Shown piece by piece: positions 9,012 through 18,879 of a stretch of DNA of 64,000 nucleotides. The DNA comes from Bacteriovoracaceae bacterium (GTDB lineage: Bacteria > Bdellovibrionota > Bacteriovoracia > Bacteriovoracales > Bacteriovoracaceae). Under the pieces are notes generated by a model. That model had not been told where the DNA came from and made no database searches. It saw nothing but the letters and a program-made list of their open reading frames with translations. The DNA lies in assembly GCA_041586955.1 (NCBI GenBank), contig JBFGZE010000001.1, forward strand, positions 46,494 through 110,493, written 5' to 3'. The position numbers and the translations under genes are program-made. Every line of letters begins with the position of its first letter. Position 1 is the first letter of the stretch.

Positions 9012-9962
9012 ATGGATCTCGGGAACCTAGACAAACATTTACTGATTATTGGACTCGGCTCTCAGGCCAAATCTTGGGCCTTGAATCTTTCCAATTCTGG
9101 TTGGGATATTACAATTGGGCTACGCCCCAATAGTCCCTCTTTAACCGCTGCGAGAGACTTAGGGCTTAAAACCCTAGAGCTCGAGCAGGCGATCCCCATG
9201 GCCCAGCATATTGCTCTTCTCATCCCCGATCATGAGCAATTATCATTTCTCAAACAATGGCAGAGTTACTTTCAAAATCAGGCCCAAATTATTTATGCGC
9301 ACGGTTTTGCTCCTCATCGCCATCAATTGGCCGAAAAATATCCGACTCTCGGCCACCTTCTTTTAGCACCCAAATGTATTGCCCGTGAACTTAGGAATTA
9401 TTATGTCGAGGGTAGGCCCATCGGTGGCTCCATTGGCCCTCTTGATACTCTATCCTCCGAGCAAAAAGAATTACTTTTTGCGATGGGTAAAGATTTAGGT
9501 CTAGCAGGAAACCTTTTTCCCTCTAACTTTAAAGAAGAATGTGAAGCTGATTCTTTTTCCGAGCAGGCCCTTCTTTGTGGCCTTCTCCCCTATGGCGCGT
9601 TAGCAGCGTTTAAGGCCCTCCGTAAAAATGGATTCTCTAAAGAGATTTCATTTATGGAGTGTTGGCTAGAAGTTAAATTAATCGCCGATACAATGATCGA
9701 ATTAGGTCCCGAAAAATTTTTTGAACTGATCAGCCCCAATGCCTTAATTGGTGCCCATGAAGCACAAAAAGAATTATTTGGCGCAGAGTTTGAAAATAAG
9801 TTAGACAAGCTTTTATTAAATATCCAAAATGGCAAATTCTACCAGAAATTGGATGGTGTCGACTTTTCATCTTATAGAAAAAATGTTTTAGATCAGTGGA
9901 AAAATGAAGAATTGACTCAAACCTTTAATGAATTAAAGGGGCAATTAATTGATGGCATCTAA
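9012..9962 (+). CDS. ilvC: ketol-acid reductoisomerase-like protein, probable ketopantoate reductase
   Basis: IIGLGSQA, LIPD, AHGF, APK, EADSFSEQALLCG, ECWLEVKLI match KARI motifs; overlaps the panB start. Confidence 0.8.
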   Translation: MDLGNLDKHLLIIGLGSQAKSWALNLSNSGWDITIGLRPNSPSLTAARDLGLKTLELEQAIPMAQHIALLIPDHEQLSFLKQWQSYFQNQAQIIYAHGFAPHRHQLAEKYPTLGHLLLAPKCIARELRNYYVEGRPIGGSIGPLDTLSSEQKELLFAMGKDLGLAGNLFPSNFKEECEADSFSEQALLCGLLPYGALAAFKALRKNGFSKEISFMECWLEVKLIADTMIELGPEKFFELISPNALIGAHEAQKELFGAEFENKLDKLLLNIQNGKFYQKLDGVDFSSYRKNVLDQWKNEELTQTFNELKGQLIDGI

Positions 9963-10746
9963 ACACACTATTCGTAGTTTAAAAAATCGCAAGCATGCAT
10001 TTGAGAGAAAACCTCTGCAAATGCTCACTTGTTATGATTTTCAAACCGCTCAATTATTAAACGAAACGGAACTCGATCTTATATTAGTCGGCGATAGTCT
10101 CGGTAATGTTATCCTGGGATATGAAACCACTGTTCAAGTGACTCTCAATGATATGATTACTTTTGGTAGTGCTGTCAAAAGAGGAGCGCCCGACAAGTTT
10201 ACGGTCGTAGACCTCCCTTTTGGAACCTATAGTAGTGTTGAAACCGGAATTAAAAATGCCATTAAACTTTTTCAAAAAACATCTTGTGAGGCCATCAAGC
10301 TAGAAGGTGCTTTTGATTATCAATGTGAGCTGATTACTCGTCTCACAGAAAATGGAGTTCCGGTCATGGGGCATATTGGACTCACTCCTCAATCTGTCCA
10401 TCAATTGGGGGGCTATTATACCCATGGCAAAAATCAACTGGAGCAAGATCGCCTTTTAAAAGAAGCTCTTAAATTACAACAGGCCGGAGTTTTTGCTCTC
10501 GTTCTTGAATGTGTTGAAAAAAAATTATCCGAAAAGATCACTCAATCCCTGCACATCCCTACCATAGGCATTGGTGCCGGCGAAGCGACTGATGGCCAAG
10601 TTTTAGTAACAAATGATTTACTTAAAATGGGCCCCCAAATGCCACCCAAGTTTTGTCAGCCTATTGCTGATTTATACCAACTAAAAAAAGATTTAATTAA
10701 TCAATACCTCAACCATGATAAAACAGAAGAAAATCGCATCCATTGA
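9952..10746 (+). CDS. panB: 3-methyl-2-oxobutanoate hydroxymethyltransferase
   Basis: LTCYD, LVGDSLG, KLEG, GHIGLTPQ, IGIGAG, DGQVLV. Confidence 0.97.
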   Translation: MASKHTIRSLKNRKHAFERKPLQMLTCYDFQTAQLLNETELDLILVGDSLGNVILGYETTVQVTLNDMITFGSAVKRGAPDKFTVVDLPFGTYSSVETGIKNAIKLFQKTSCEAIKLEGAFDYQCELITRLTENGVPVMGHIGLTPQSVHQLGGYYTHGKNQLEQDRLLKEALKLQQAGVFALVLECVEKKLSEKITQSLHIPTIGIGAGEATDGQVLVTNDLLKMGPQMPPKFCQPIADLYQLKKDLINQYLNHDKTEENRIH

Positions 10747-11437
10747 TATTGGAAATAATCATACTAATGTTGGACTTCTTAATAAGGACCAATTGGAAAT
10801 CCTCTCTTTAGCGGATTTCCTGACTCATTATAATGCCGAAGAGTTTTACTTTGCGGTTTCAGAGGTTGGTATCCCTCCAGAAGAAATAGGCGAGATCCAA
10901 GAAATTCCCTTAAGAGAGCAATTCCGCATGGGCCAATTTCTGGATATGCCTGTCGCCTATGGCAAAAGTCTAGGCGATGACCGTCTTTATCCAGCATACC
11001 AAGTTTTTAAAAATTACCACGGCATTAGTATGATTCTTGATCTGGGGACTTTCCTTACAATAGACTTTATTTCCCACGAAAAAGGTTTTCTCGGTGGCTT
11101 TATCGTTCCTGGTCTAGATGAGTTTTTGGCGGTGTTCAAACGAGGCCGCCTTTTACCCGACCTCAAAAAAGAGGAATTAACCGGATCTGAGCTCACACCA
11201 CTTCCCACTAATACTGTTGAAGCTGGCCTCAAAGGCTCTCAACTCTATTTACAAGGCCTTATTTCACGAGCAGTAAAGCTCTATCCTGTGACTCAAGTGA
11301 TTTTAACGGGGGGAGGCCTGCCCTATTTACAGGATAATTGCCAACAATTGGAATTGCCTCCCATTATTCCATGCCCCAACCTTCTACACCAATCCCTACA
11401 TTTCAGTGCCCAATGCGTCATGACCAATCTTAGCTAA
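10715..11437 (+). CDS. coaX: type III pantothenate kinase
   Basis: IDIGNN, LGDDR, DLGTFLTID, GGFIVPG, LTGG; pan operon context. Confidence 0.9.
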   Translation: MIKQKKIASIDIGNNHTNVGLLNKDQLEILSLADFLTHYNAEEFYFAVSEVGIPPEEIGEIQEIPLREQFRMGQFLDMPVAYGKSLGDDRLYPAYQVFKNYHGISMILDLGTFLTIDFISHEKGFLGGFIVPGLDEFLAVFKRGRLLPDLKKEELTGSELTPLPTNTVEAGLKGSQLYLQGLISRAVKLYPVTQVILTGGGLPYLQDNCQQLELPPIIPCPNLLHQSLHFSAQCVMTNLS

Positions 11438-11454
11438 TTTGACATAGTGCCGGC

Positions 11455-12669
11455 ATGAAAATTGTCCTTGGAGTTTGCGGCTCCATAGCCGCCTATAAAA
11501 CCTACGACCTCTTAAGAAGCTTGATCAAAAATGGTCATCAAGTGCGCGTTGTGCTGACCCAAAAAGCGCAATCATTAGTCCATGCTCAGATGTTTCGCTA
11601 TCTAGGGGCCGACGATGTTTGGTGTGATCAAAGAGAATGGCAGGGAAATGAGCACGAAATTGGCCATATTCAATTGGCCCGCTGGGCAGATCAATTGGTC
11701 CTTTGCCCCCTAACGGCTAATACCATGGGACTTATGGCCCATGGTCTGTCTCCCAATTTATTGACCTCCCTTTTTCTCGCATTTGAGAGGTATAAACCCA
11801 TATTGGCCTTTAAGGCCATGAATACTCAAATGCTGACCAACCCCCTGGTTCAAGAGAACGAAGAAAAACTGACTTCCCTACTTCCTAATTTATTTATTCA
11901 TCCCTCTAGTTTTGGGAAGTTGGCCTGCCAAGAGCAGGGCCAGGGTAAACTACCTACTATCGAAGAAATTGTGGCGCTCATTGAGTCCACTAGTCTCACC
12001 CGTAAAAACAAAAGAATTCTCATTACAACTGGCGCCACAATCGCGCCACTTGATCCAGTTCGCTACCTCACCAACCCCTCTTCAGGAATGACTGGCTTTT
12101 ATCTGGCCAAAGATTATTTAAAAATGGGTTTTCAAGTCACTGTTATTGCGGGAAAAAATGCAACCACAGAATTAAATAATCTCATCAATCACCCCCACTT
12201 TAAACTCACCAGGGTCGTATCGACAGAAGATATGTATCAAGAGGTTCTCCAAGAGTTTCCTCATTGTGATATTTATTTATCACCAGCAGCGATCAGTGAT
12301 ATTAGTTTTAAGAGCTCCACTCAAAAAATGAAAAAAAACCAAATCAAATCCTCGCTTGCCATCGAAGCAGCTCCCGATATTTTGGCCTCTGTTTTAAAGC
12401 TTAAACATCATCAAATCATTATTGGCTTTGCCGCCGAAACTGATCTCACAGAAGAGCAATTAATGACAAAATGGCGCAATAAGCCCTGCGATCTTTTGGT
12501 CGGTACAAGAGTTGATAATGGACTCATTAAAGAAAATGAAAATGAGACCCAAGGCTTTGGCACAGATCAGGCCAACTACCTATTCTTAAATAAAAAGGGT
12601 GAATATAAAAGTATGGCGCTTAATAAAGGAGAATTGGCAGGTGTTATCGCCTCTGAGGTCCAGCTATGA
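11455..12669 (+). CDS. coaBC: phosphopantothenoylcysteine decarboxylase/synthetase
   Basis: GSIAAYK, HIQLARWAD, AMN, LAC..G.GKL, DPVRYLTNPSSG, GFAAET. Confidence 0.95.
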   Translation: MKIVLGVCGSIAAYKTYDLLRSLIKNGHQVRVVLTQKAQSLVHAQMFRYLGADDVWCDQREWQGNEHEIGHIQLARWADQLVLCPLTANTMGLMAHGLSPNLLTSLFLAFERYKPILAFKAMNTQMLTNPLVQENEEKLTSLLPNLFIHPSSFGKLACQEQGQGKLPTIEEIVALIESTSLTRKNKRILITTGATIAPLDPVRYLTNPSSGMTGFYLAKDYLKMGFQVTVIAGKNATTELNNLINHPHFKLTRVVSTEDMYQEVLQEFPHCDIYLSPAAISDISFKSSTQKMKKNQIKSSLAIEAAPDILASVLKLKHHQIIIGFAAETDLTEEQLMTKWRNKPCDLLVGTRVDNGLIKENENETQGFGTDQANYLFLNKKGEYKSMALNKGELAGVIASEVQL

Positions 12670-13532
12670 GTACTCTATTTCAAAAAACACAAGATTTTAA
12701 AGTTTGGCGCCAAGGAGTGAAGGATCAAAGTATTGGATTTGTTCCCACCATGGGAAATCTGCATCCAGGTCATTTAGGCCTAGTTGAGCAATCTCTTAAG
12801 GATAATGATATTACTATCGTTTCTATTTTTGTTAACCCCAAACAATTTGGGCCAAATGAAGATTTTGAGCGATACCCACGCACCTTGGCAGCGGATATTC
12901 ATGCCCTAGAGCAATTCAAGGATGATAATAAAGACCTTATCATCTATGCTCCTGAATCCGCCGCCGATTTTTATCATAATCAATTCAATTCGATTATTTC
13001 GGTTAAGTCCTTTCAAGATCAGTTATGTGGCGCTAAGCGACCAGGACATTTTGATGGGGTCACAACTGTTGTCTATAAATTATTTGCGACCACTAAACCG
13101 ACGAGGGCCTATTTCGGTCAAAAGGATTATCAACAATCCTTAATCATTCAAAAAATGGTTTTAGACCTGGAAATACCTGTTGATATAATCCTGATGCCAA
13201 TTAGTAGAGAAGAGGATGGGCTAGCACGTAGTAGTCGCAACCAATATCTAGGGCCAAAAGAACGAACAACCGCCCTTAAACTCTCCTACGCGATCAAAGA
13301 CCTTGAGAAAAAAGTTAAGAAGGCCAAAAAAGATGATATCTTTCACGCAGTGCCCGCTTGGATTCAAGAAATTAAAAAAAATGACTCCCACTTTGAATAC
13401 TTAGAAATTCTTGACGCAGAGGATTTAGAAGCAATAAGGCCACAAACGAAAACAGTTTTAATCGCTGGGGCCTATCAACTAGGGGCAACTCGCCTTATTG
13501 ATAATATCTTGGTACCATTAAATTATGCTTGA
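12666..13532 (+). CDS. panC: pantoate-beta-alanine ligase
   Basis: VPTMGNLHPGH, FVNPKQF, RPGHFDGV, FGQKDYQQ, GLARSSRN, RLIDN. Confidence 0.97.
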   Translation: MSTLFQKTQDFKVWRQGVKDQSIGFVPTMGNLHPGHLGLVEQSLKDNDITIVSIFVNPKQFGPNEDFERYPRTLAADIHALEQFKDDNKDLIIYAPESAADFYHNQFNSIISVKSFQDQLCGAKRPGHFDGVTTVVYKLFATTKPTRAYFGQKDYQQSLIIQKMVLDLEIPVDIILMPISREEDGLARSSRNQYLGPKERTTALKLSYAIKDLEKKVKKAKKDDIFHAVPAWIQEIKKNDSHFEYLEILDAEDLEAIRPQTKTVLIAGAYQLGATRLIDNILVPLNYA

Positions 13533-14856
13533 TAATGAATTTCACATTTCCAGAGAAGCAAAGGCCGCATTGATTTCAATCGTGAGCCCTCGCTTTCCCG
13601 AACATTCCACAACTGAGGAAACCAACCGCTCCCTAACTGAATTAAGGGAATTATTGCGAACCTTGGGTGTCCAGGCAGGCTATCAGCATGTGCAAAACCG
13701 CAAGACCATTGATGCGGGAACCATCTTGGGCACAGGCAAACTTAAAGAAATCGCAAAAGATGCCAAAGATGATGGTGCCACCTTGCTTGTTTTCGACTTT
13801 GAATTGACCTCAAGCCAGATTCGCAATATCAAAAAAATAACCGGTCTCTCAGTTGTTGATCGCGTTCATGTCATTTTAGAAATCTTTGCCGAACACGCCC
13901 GCACTCGAGAGGCAAAAATTCAAATTGAAATTGCTCGATTGCAATACGTCTTACCACGGCTCAGTGGTTTTTGGTCCCATCTTGGGCGGCAAAGAGGTGG
14001 TGTCGGAGTTAAAGGTGGCGAAGGTGAACAACAAATTGAACTTGACCGTCGTATTATTCGCGAGCGAATTGAGTTCTATAAAAAAGAACTTAAACTAATC
14101 GCAAAATCTCGCCACCAACAAAAGAAACGTAGGCAGAACCAGGCCATTACCGTTGCCCTTGTGGGCTATACAAATGCGGGAAAATCCTCTCTCATGAATC
14201 GCCTTTGTAAAGTTGATATCTTGGAAGAAGATAAGCTCTTTGCCACATTAGATTCAACCTTTAGAACGCTTACTCCGGATACCAAGCCCCCTGTCATTCT
14301 CATCGATACAGTTGGTTTTATTTCCAATTTACCCAATGCCTTAATTGATGGCTTTAAAACAACATTAGAGTCAGCACTTGAAGCCGATCTCCTTCTTATT
14401 GTCTGTGATGTCTCCGATCCCAATTATAAAAAGCAATTAGATGTTACCCAAAAAGTTTTAGAGGAGCTGGGAGTAAACGAGAAAGAGCAATTTATTATTT
14501 TTAATAAAAAAGATCTTTTAAAGAATTCGATTAAAGGGAAAATTATCAAAAGAACCCATCCCAATAGTTTCCTGGTTTCCTCCTTCGATCCCAGCGATAT
14601 GAAAAATTTAAGAGAATATATTATTAATTATTTTTTAAAGAAACAGGGCCATTACGATCTCTTCATTCCCTACGACGAAGGAACGGCCCACTCGACCGTG
14701 GCCTCAAAAACAAATATTCTTAAAACCACCAATCACGAAAAGGGTATTTTTTATCGTGTTCGTGTCCCCGATTTTATTTTCCACGGACTTCATCTTGAAA
14801 ACTTTATTTTGGGCCCAGAAGACCCCATCCGGGAAGAATTGACTAAAGAAATTTAG
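13525..14856 (+). CDS. hflX: ribosome-splitting GTPase HflX
   Basis: ILEIFAEHARTREAK, GYTNAGKS, LFATLD, DTVGF, NKKD. Confidence 0.96.
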   Translation: MLDNEFHISREAKAALISIVSPRFPEHSTTEETNRSLTELRELLRTLGVQAGYQHVQNRKTIDAGTILGTGKLKEIAKDAKDDGATLLVFDFELTSSQIRNIKKITGLSVVDRVHVILEIFAEHARTREAKIQIEIARLQYVLPRLSGFWSHLGRQRGGVGVKGGEGEQQIELDRRIIRERIEFYKKELKLIAKSRHQQKKRRQNQAITVALVGYTNAGKSSLMNRLCKVDILEEDKLFATLDSTFRTLTPDTKPPVILIDTVGFISNLPNALIDGFKTTLESALEADLLLIVCDVSDPNYKKQLDVTQKVLEELGVNEKEQFIIFNKKDLLKNSIKGKIIKRTHPNSFLVSSFDPSDMKNLREYIINYFLKKQGHYDLFIPYDEGTAHSTVASKTNILKTTNHEKGIFYRVRVPDFIFHGLHLENFILGPEDPIREELTKEI

Positions 14857-14948
14857 CCAAAAATACCACTTCGAAAATAGAGAGTTCCCATTACGATAAA
14901 AAGAACCAGGGAAATTCCCACTCCGACAAATAACCATTCCTTGTCCAT
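14853..14948 (-). CDS. 31-aa single-pass membrane peptide (not in the ORF track)
   Basis: AAGGAG SD, then MDKEWLFVGVGISLVLFIVMGTLYFRSGIFG-TAA; fills the gap between hflX and the receiver-like gene. Confidence 0.65.
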   Translation of the reverse strand: MDKEWLFVGVGISLVLFIVMGTLYFRSGIFG

Positions 14949-14968
14949 AACAAGCTCCTTTATAGAAC

Positions 14969-15313
14969 TTATCGGACAAGCCCCTTTTCCATTAACTCTT
15001 TGATGGCATTTAATGGATTAATGGGCCTTTCCCAATAATAATTTAAAAAAGGTGGTTTTTCCTCCGTACCGCAATAAATCACAGAAATCTGCGTACCTTC
15101 AATCACTTCCTGCCACCTCTCTTTATCCTTGAGCGAGAGAGGCAGCCAATATAATTGATCCATTAGGAGAACCTGGGGGGCGACATCCTTCATTAGCTCT
15201 AGCGCATCATCCTGACTGTCCAAGGTGTAGATTTCAACTTGAAAATGCTTAGAGGCCATTTCAAACGCCTGGCGGAAGGCCTTTTCCGGGGAGATGAGTC
15301 CAATCTGAATCAC
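14969..15313 (-). CDS. atypical stand-alone receiver (CheY-like) domain
   Basis: Beta/alpha pattern, PQVLLMD (Asp), ERPINP in place of KP. Confidence 0.6.
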   Translation of the reverse strand: MIQIGLISPEKAFRQAFEMASKHFQVEIYTLDSQDDALELMKDVAPQVLLMDQLYWLPLSLKDKERWQEVIEGTQISVIYCGTEEKPPFLNYYWERPINPLNAIKELMEKGLVR

Positions 15314-15383
15314 GTGAATTGTCCTTGTAATATTGATCTATTGAACCTAAAAATAGATATGATAAATGTCAACTGGAGTCTCT

Positions 15384-15641
15384 ATGCAAGATGTAATTGA
15401 AGTTCTTGACTCCGAGGGTCAAATCTTATTTACGTGTTCCTTATCACAGCGTGATAGGGCCTTTGATTACGCTCGGGAAATGGAAGAGATGGGAATCGAG
15501 GTCGCTATTCGTGAACCAGGGCTGGTCGAAAGTCTAGGAATTTCTTTAGGTATGGCGCCACATGACCGACAAGCTCTTAAAGACTCATTAGAAAAAGAAA
15601 TTCAATCTCACGATTATGGGTGCTGCCTAAAGGACTCCTAG
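15384..15641 (+). CDS. hypothetical protein
   Basis: ORF with GGAG SD before ATG 15384; ends in HDYGCC. Confidence 0.65.
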   Translation: MQDVIEVLDSEGQILFTCSLSQRDRAFDYAREMEEMGIEVAIREPGLVESLGISLGMAPHDRQALKDSLEKEIQSHDYGCCLKDS

Positions 15642-15970
15642 CTTTGGAATTCTTAGAAAACGTCATTCAAAAAATAAAGGCCAGAATTAAAAGCGATCTT
15701 TTTATCGTTAAGGAAGCCCTCGCCAAAGAAACTGATGAAACCAAAGAAATGATTATTACCTATATGAAGTTTTCACAAGGCAAGGCCTCAAAGAAAGAAA
15801 TGAAATTGGCCAATAAGCAATTTCAAAGTTTTCTTAAAACCATTGGCCTTGGAACTTTGGCCGTTCTTCCCTTGGCCCCTTTTACTATTCCTCTGATTGT
15901 AAAGCTAGGTCGCCATTTTGGCATTGATATTATTCCCAATAGTTTTAAAAGGCCCTCGAAGGAATTATAA
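15620..15970 (+). CDS. small LETM1-like membrane-associated protein
   Basis: ANKQF..FLKTIGLGTLAVLP...IIPNSF pattern; true start uncertain. Confidence 0.55.
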   Translation: MLPKGLLALEFLENVIQKIKARIKSDLFIVKEALAKETDETKEMIITYMKFSQGKASKKEMKLANKQFQSFLKTIGLGTLAVLPLAPFTIPLIVKLGRHFGIDIIPNSFKRPSKEL

Positions 15971-16452
15971 TGGAACAGCAAGGACTCAAAAAGACTCAAG
16001 TGACGGCCGCTCCTGGTTCACGGCTTAACCGCTTTATCGCCGCCATTATCGATAGTATTATCATTTCAATTCTCTCCCTTCCTGTGACCATGATCAGCAA
16101 CCAGGTAACGAACCAAAGCGATTTAATTGCAATTCCTCATAATTTTGAAACGATGCTCCCGATGATTTTAATTATTAGCATTACCTTTGCTCTTGGTCTG
16201 CTTATTGGACTCCTCTATTATGGTTATTATTACACTAAAAGTGGCCAAACAATTGGAAAGAGAGTCATGGGACTACAAGTTGTTAATGCCGATAGTGGAG
16301 AACTCCTTACCTGGAACGAAGTCATTCTCAGAGAATCTCTTGGTAAAACAGTCTCGATAATTCTGTTAATTGGTTATTTTATGATTTTACTTCGCCAAGA
16401 TAGGCGTGCCCTTCATGATCTTATTGGCAACTCAATCGTTATAGATAAATAG
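15970..16452 (+). CDS. RDD family membrane protein
   Basis: RFIAAIID, GQTIGKRVMGLQVV, RRALHDLIG. Confidence 0.9.
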   Translation: MEQQGLKKTQVTAAPGSRLNRFIAAIIDSIIISILSLPVTMISNQVTNQSDLIAIPHNFETMLPMILIISITFALGLLIGLLYYGYYYTKSGQTIGKRVMGLQVVNADSGELLTWNEVILRESLGKTVSIILLIGYFMILLRQDRRALHDLIGNSIVIDK

Positions 16453-16546
16453 CCCTTTTTCCAACATTCATGTAAATCGCCATTGATTCTAGTGAGATAT
16501 TTTTATACTGTGTAGCGGGTAACCTTCAACATGGGGGAATTGTGCA

Positions 16547-17572
16547 ATGAAAAATAAATTTCTTGCCATCCTTTCTGCTCTTTTTATTTTTCCCCATACC
16601 TTTGCTAAAACGTACAATGTTGCAGCGCTCTATTGGAGTATGGAAATTCGCGGTCAAGTGGCGATGAGGTTTGGCCTTGAAGAAATGGCCAAAAATATCA
16701 ATAAAAAGGGGCCTGATCAAATCAAGCTCCTCCATTACGTGGCCGGGGATGGGGTCGATGGGATAAGAAACCAAATCAAGCAAATGAAAGAGGCCGTTGA
16801 TAAAAAGGTCGACCTTATTATTCTTCAACCTACTGATAGTGCCGCTCTTTCGTCCTCAGTACTCTACGCCAATAAAAAGAAAATACCAGTTATTGCTTAT
16901 GACCAATATGTCGTTGAAGGAAAAATTGAAGGCTATGTCACCTCCAATAATTTCCAAGCGGGTTATCTCAATGGTGAATATATAGCGAGTCAATACAAAA
17001 GCTCATACCCGATTCGTATTATTCTTGTTGATTATCCCAAAGTATCTTCGACTATCGAGAGAGTGAATGGATTTTTTCAAGCACTCAAGGATAATAAACA
17101 AAGCTATAAAGTTATAGCTAATTATCAGGCGGTAGAACCCCTCGCTGGTAAACTTGTCGGGAAAAAAATAATTCGTCATTTCCCTCGAAAAGGAAGTGTC
17201 GATGTCATTTTTACTGTTAATGATGGAGGTGGACTAGCGGTTGTGAAGGTTATTCAAGAAGCAGGTCGTCATGAGATTAAAGTCGCCACCATTGATGGCG
17301 ATCCTCTTTCCATTAAAAACATTACCCAATCAAAAAATACAGTTATCAACAGTGCCCAATTCTGTGCAGAAATAGGTCGCCAAAGCATGCGATTAGGGTA
17401 CGAATTTCTTCAAGGTAAAAAGATACCCCGAAAATTATTAGTTCCAACTTTCCCAGTGACCAAAGAATCCATTTCATTTTACCCAGGCTGGAAAGGATCG
17501 GTTCCAAAATCATATCAAAAAGTATGGCTTAATAATAAGCTCTGGAAGAATGATTTTGTTGAAGTATTTTAA
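16547..17572 (+). CDS. periplasmic sugar-binding protein (RbsB/LacI fold)
   Basis: Signal peptide; VDLIILQPTDS, IPVIAYD, NDGGG, IDG. Confidence 0.85.
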   Translation: MKNKFLAILSALFIFPHTFAKTYNVAALYWSMEIRGQVAMRFGLEEMAKNINKKGPDQIKLLHYVAGDGVDGIRNQIKQMKEAVDKKVDLIILQPTDSAALSSSVLYANKKKIPVIAYDQYVVEGKIEGYVTSNNFQAGYLNGEYIASQYKSSYPIRIILVDYPKVSSTIERVNGFFQALKDNKQSYKVIANYQAVEPLAGKLVGKKIIRHFPRKGSVDVIFTVNDGGGLAVVKVIQEAGRHEIKVATIDGDPLSIKNITQSKNTVINSAQFCAEIGRQSMRLGYEFLQGKKIPRKLLVPTFPVTKESISFYPGWKGSVPKSYQKVWLNNKLWKNDFVEVF

Positions 17573-18362
17573 AAGTCTTTTATGGACTATAACCTTATTG
17601 CTTTTGTTTGTTAAACCAATGAATGCACGAGTGGTCAAAATTGGGGTGGAAGATCTTTGCCCTTATTTTTGTAAAACAGCGCCCCAAAATGGCTATATCA
17701 TCGACCTTATAAAATTATTTTTTTCTGAGCAAAAAATTGAGGCCGAATTTCATTTTGTCCCCTTTGGCCGCCTATCATTTCTGCTAAAGGCCGGCCAACT
17801 CGATTATGTTATCCTACCAGAATACGAGATACGTTTCGATCCTGACCTTCTCAGCTTTGGCCCTTCTCTTGGTGTCAGTTTTATTGGTATTGCGCGCCCA
17901 GAAGGCCCCAATGCCGAAGAAGCGGAATCACTATATTCTATCAGTGATATCACCTCTCACCGATCAACCATTCCAAGCCGAGGGCATAAATACCAAAATA
18001 TAAAAGTTCATTATGAGTTGGAGCAGTATGGCCATAACTTATTAGTTATTTCAGGTGAAAAAATTAGTGAACGCCAATTAACTCTTCTCACCCTTAATCG
18101 CGCCGAATTGGCCATTGGTGATTATAATATTTTTAAATACCTTATCAAAAAAAATGATTATAAGAGAAAAATTCATCTCACTCCGACCTCGCTTGGAGGG
18201 TTTAATTCATTTCGAATGGCGGGACCGATAAATCAAGAAAAAAAAATCGTTACCGTTAGTGAAAATATGTGGACCTTTTTTAAAACGCTAAGGCGAACTA
18301 AGCAACTTAACGTTTTTCTTAATTCCTATGAGCTTCAGGATTGGGAACATTACTTGCCCTAA
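17550..18362 (+). CDS. periplasmic substrate-binding protein (family 3-like)
   Basis: Signal peptide; CPY...GYIIDL, VPFGR...GQLD pattern. Confidence 0.7.
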   Translation: MILLKYFKSLLWTITLLLLFVKPMNARVVKIGVEDLCPYFCKTAPQNGYIIDLIKLFFSEQKIEAEFHFVPFGRLSFLLKAGQLDYVILPEYEIRFDPDLLSFGPSLGVSFIGIARPEGPNAEEAESLYSISDITSHRSTIPSRGHKYQNIKVHYELEQYGHNLLVISGEKISERQLTLLTLNRAELAIGDYNIFKYLIKKNDYKRKIHLTPTSLGGFNSFRMAGPINQEKKIVTVSENMWTFFKTLRRTKQLNVFLNSYELQDWEHYLP

Positions 18363-18588
18363 TTGAGCGAATATGCCTATAGCGAGCTTTCAAAAAGTCG
18401 ACTAAGAGACCGTCTGACACCGGCACGACAAAACAAATTCAGGTAAACTTTTCAATGAGTCCCAGGCGTATTGCGACGCGCAACCTGTTCATGTATAACC
18501 TTGTCGTTAATTAAGCAAAAATTGATGAATACAGATTCATTAAAAAACAAGTACTTAGTCGTGAATGTACTCAAAAAGGATGTTAATT

Positions 18589-18879
18589 ATGAAAGAATTA
18601 TTATTCACCCTTTTAATTTTACAGTCTATTCCCTCTTTCGCGGAATCAACATACAGCACACATTGCTCCTGCCAGGTGGTCAAAGACTATATCATCAAAA
18701 CCCAAGACTATGTCTCAGGCTCTTCTGTTGCTCCTAACATTCTTCTTGGCCAAACTCGGTCACAATATCAAATTAAAAAAAAGTGTTTGAAAAATCTTGA
18801 AATGAATTCAGAGGATGCACGAAAAATAAAACAAGTTTTACTTTATAATTGCTCCAGACCAACACTCATTAATCAATAA
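18589..18879 (+). CDS. small secreted Cys-containing protein
   Basis: Signal peptide ending SFA; four Cys; AAGGA SD. Confidence 0.65.
   Translation: MKELLFTLLILQSIPSFAESTYSTHCSCQVVKDYIIKTQDYVSGSSVAPNILLGQTRSQYQIKKKCLKNLEMNSEDARKIKQVLLYNCSRPTLINQ

Noticed and set aside
18420..18510. Possible c-di-GMP-I riboswitch (GGTAAAC...GACGC, flanking ACGACAA/TTGTCGT pairing)
   Set aside because: No GNRA-capped P2 stem or GCAAA junction at the right spacing; an Rfam scan would be needed to revisit it.
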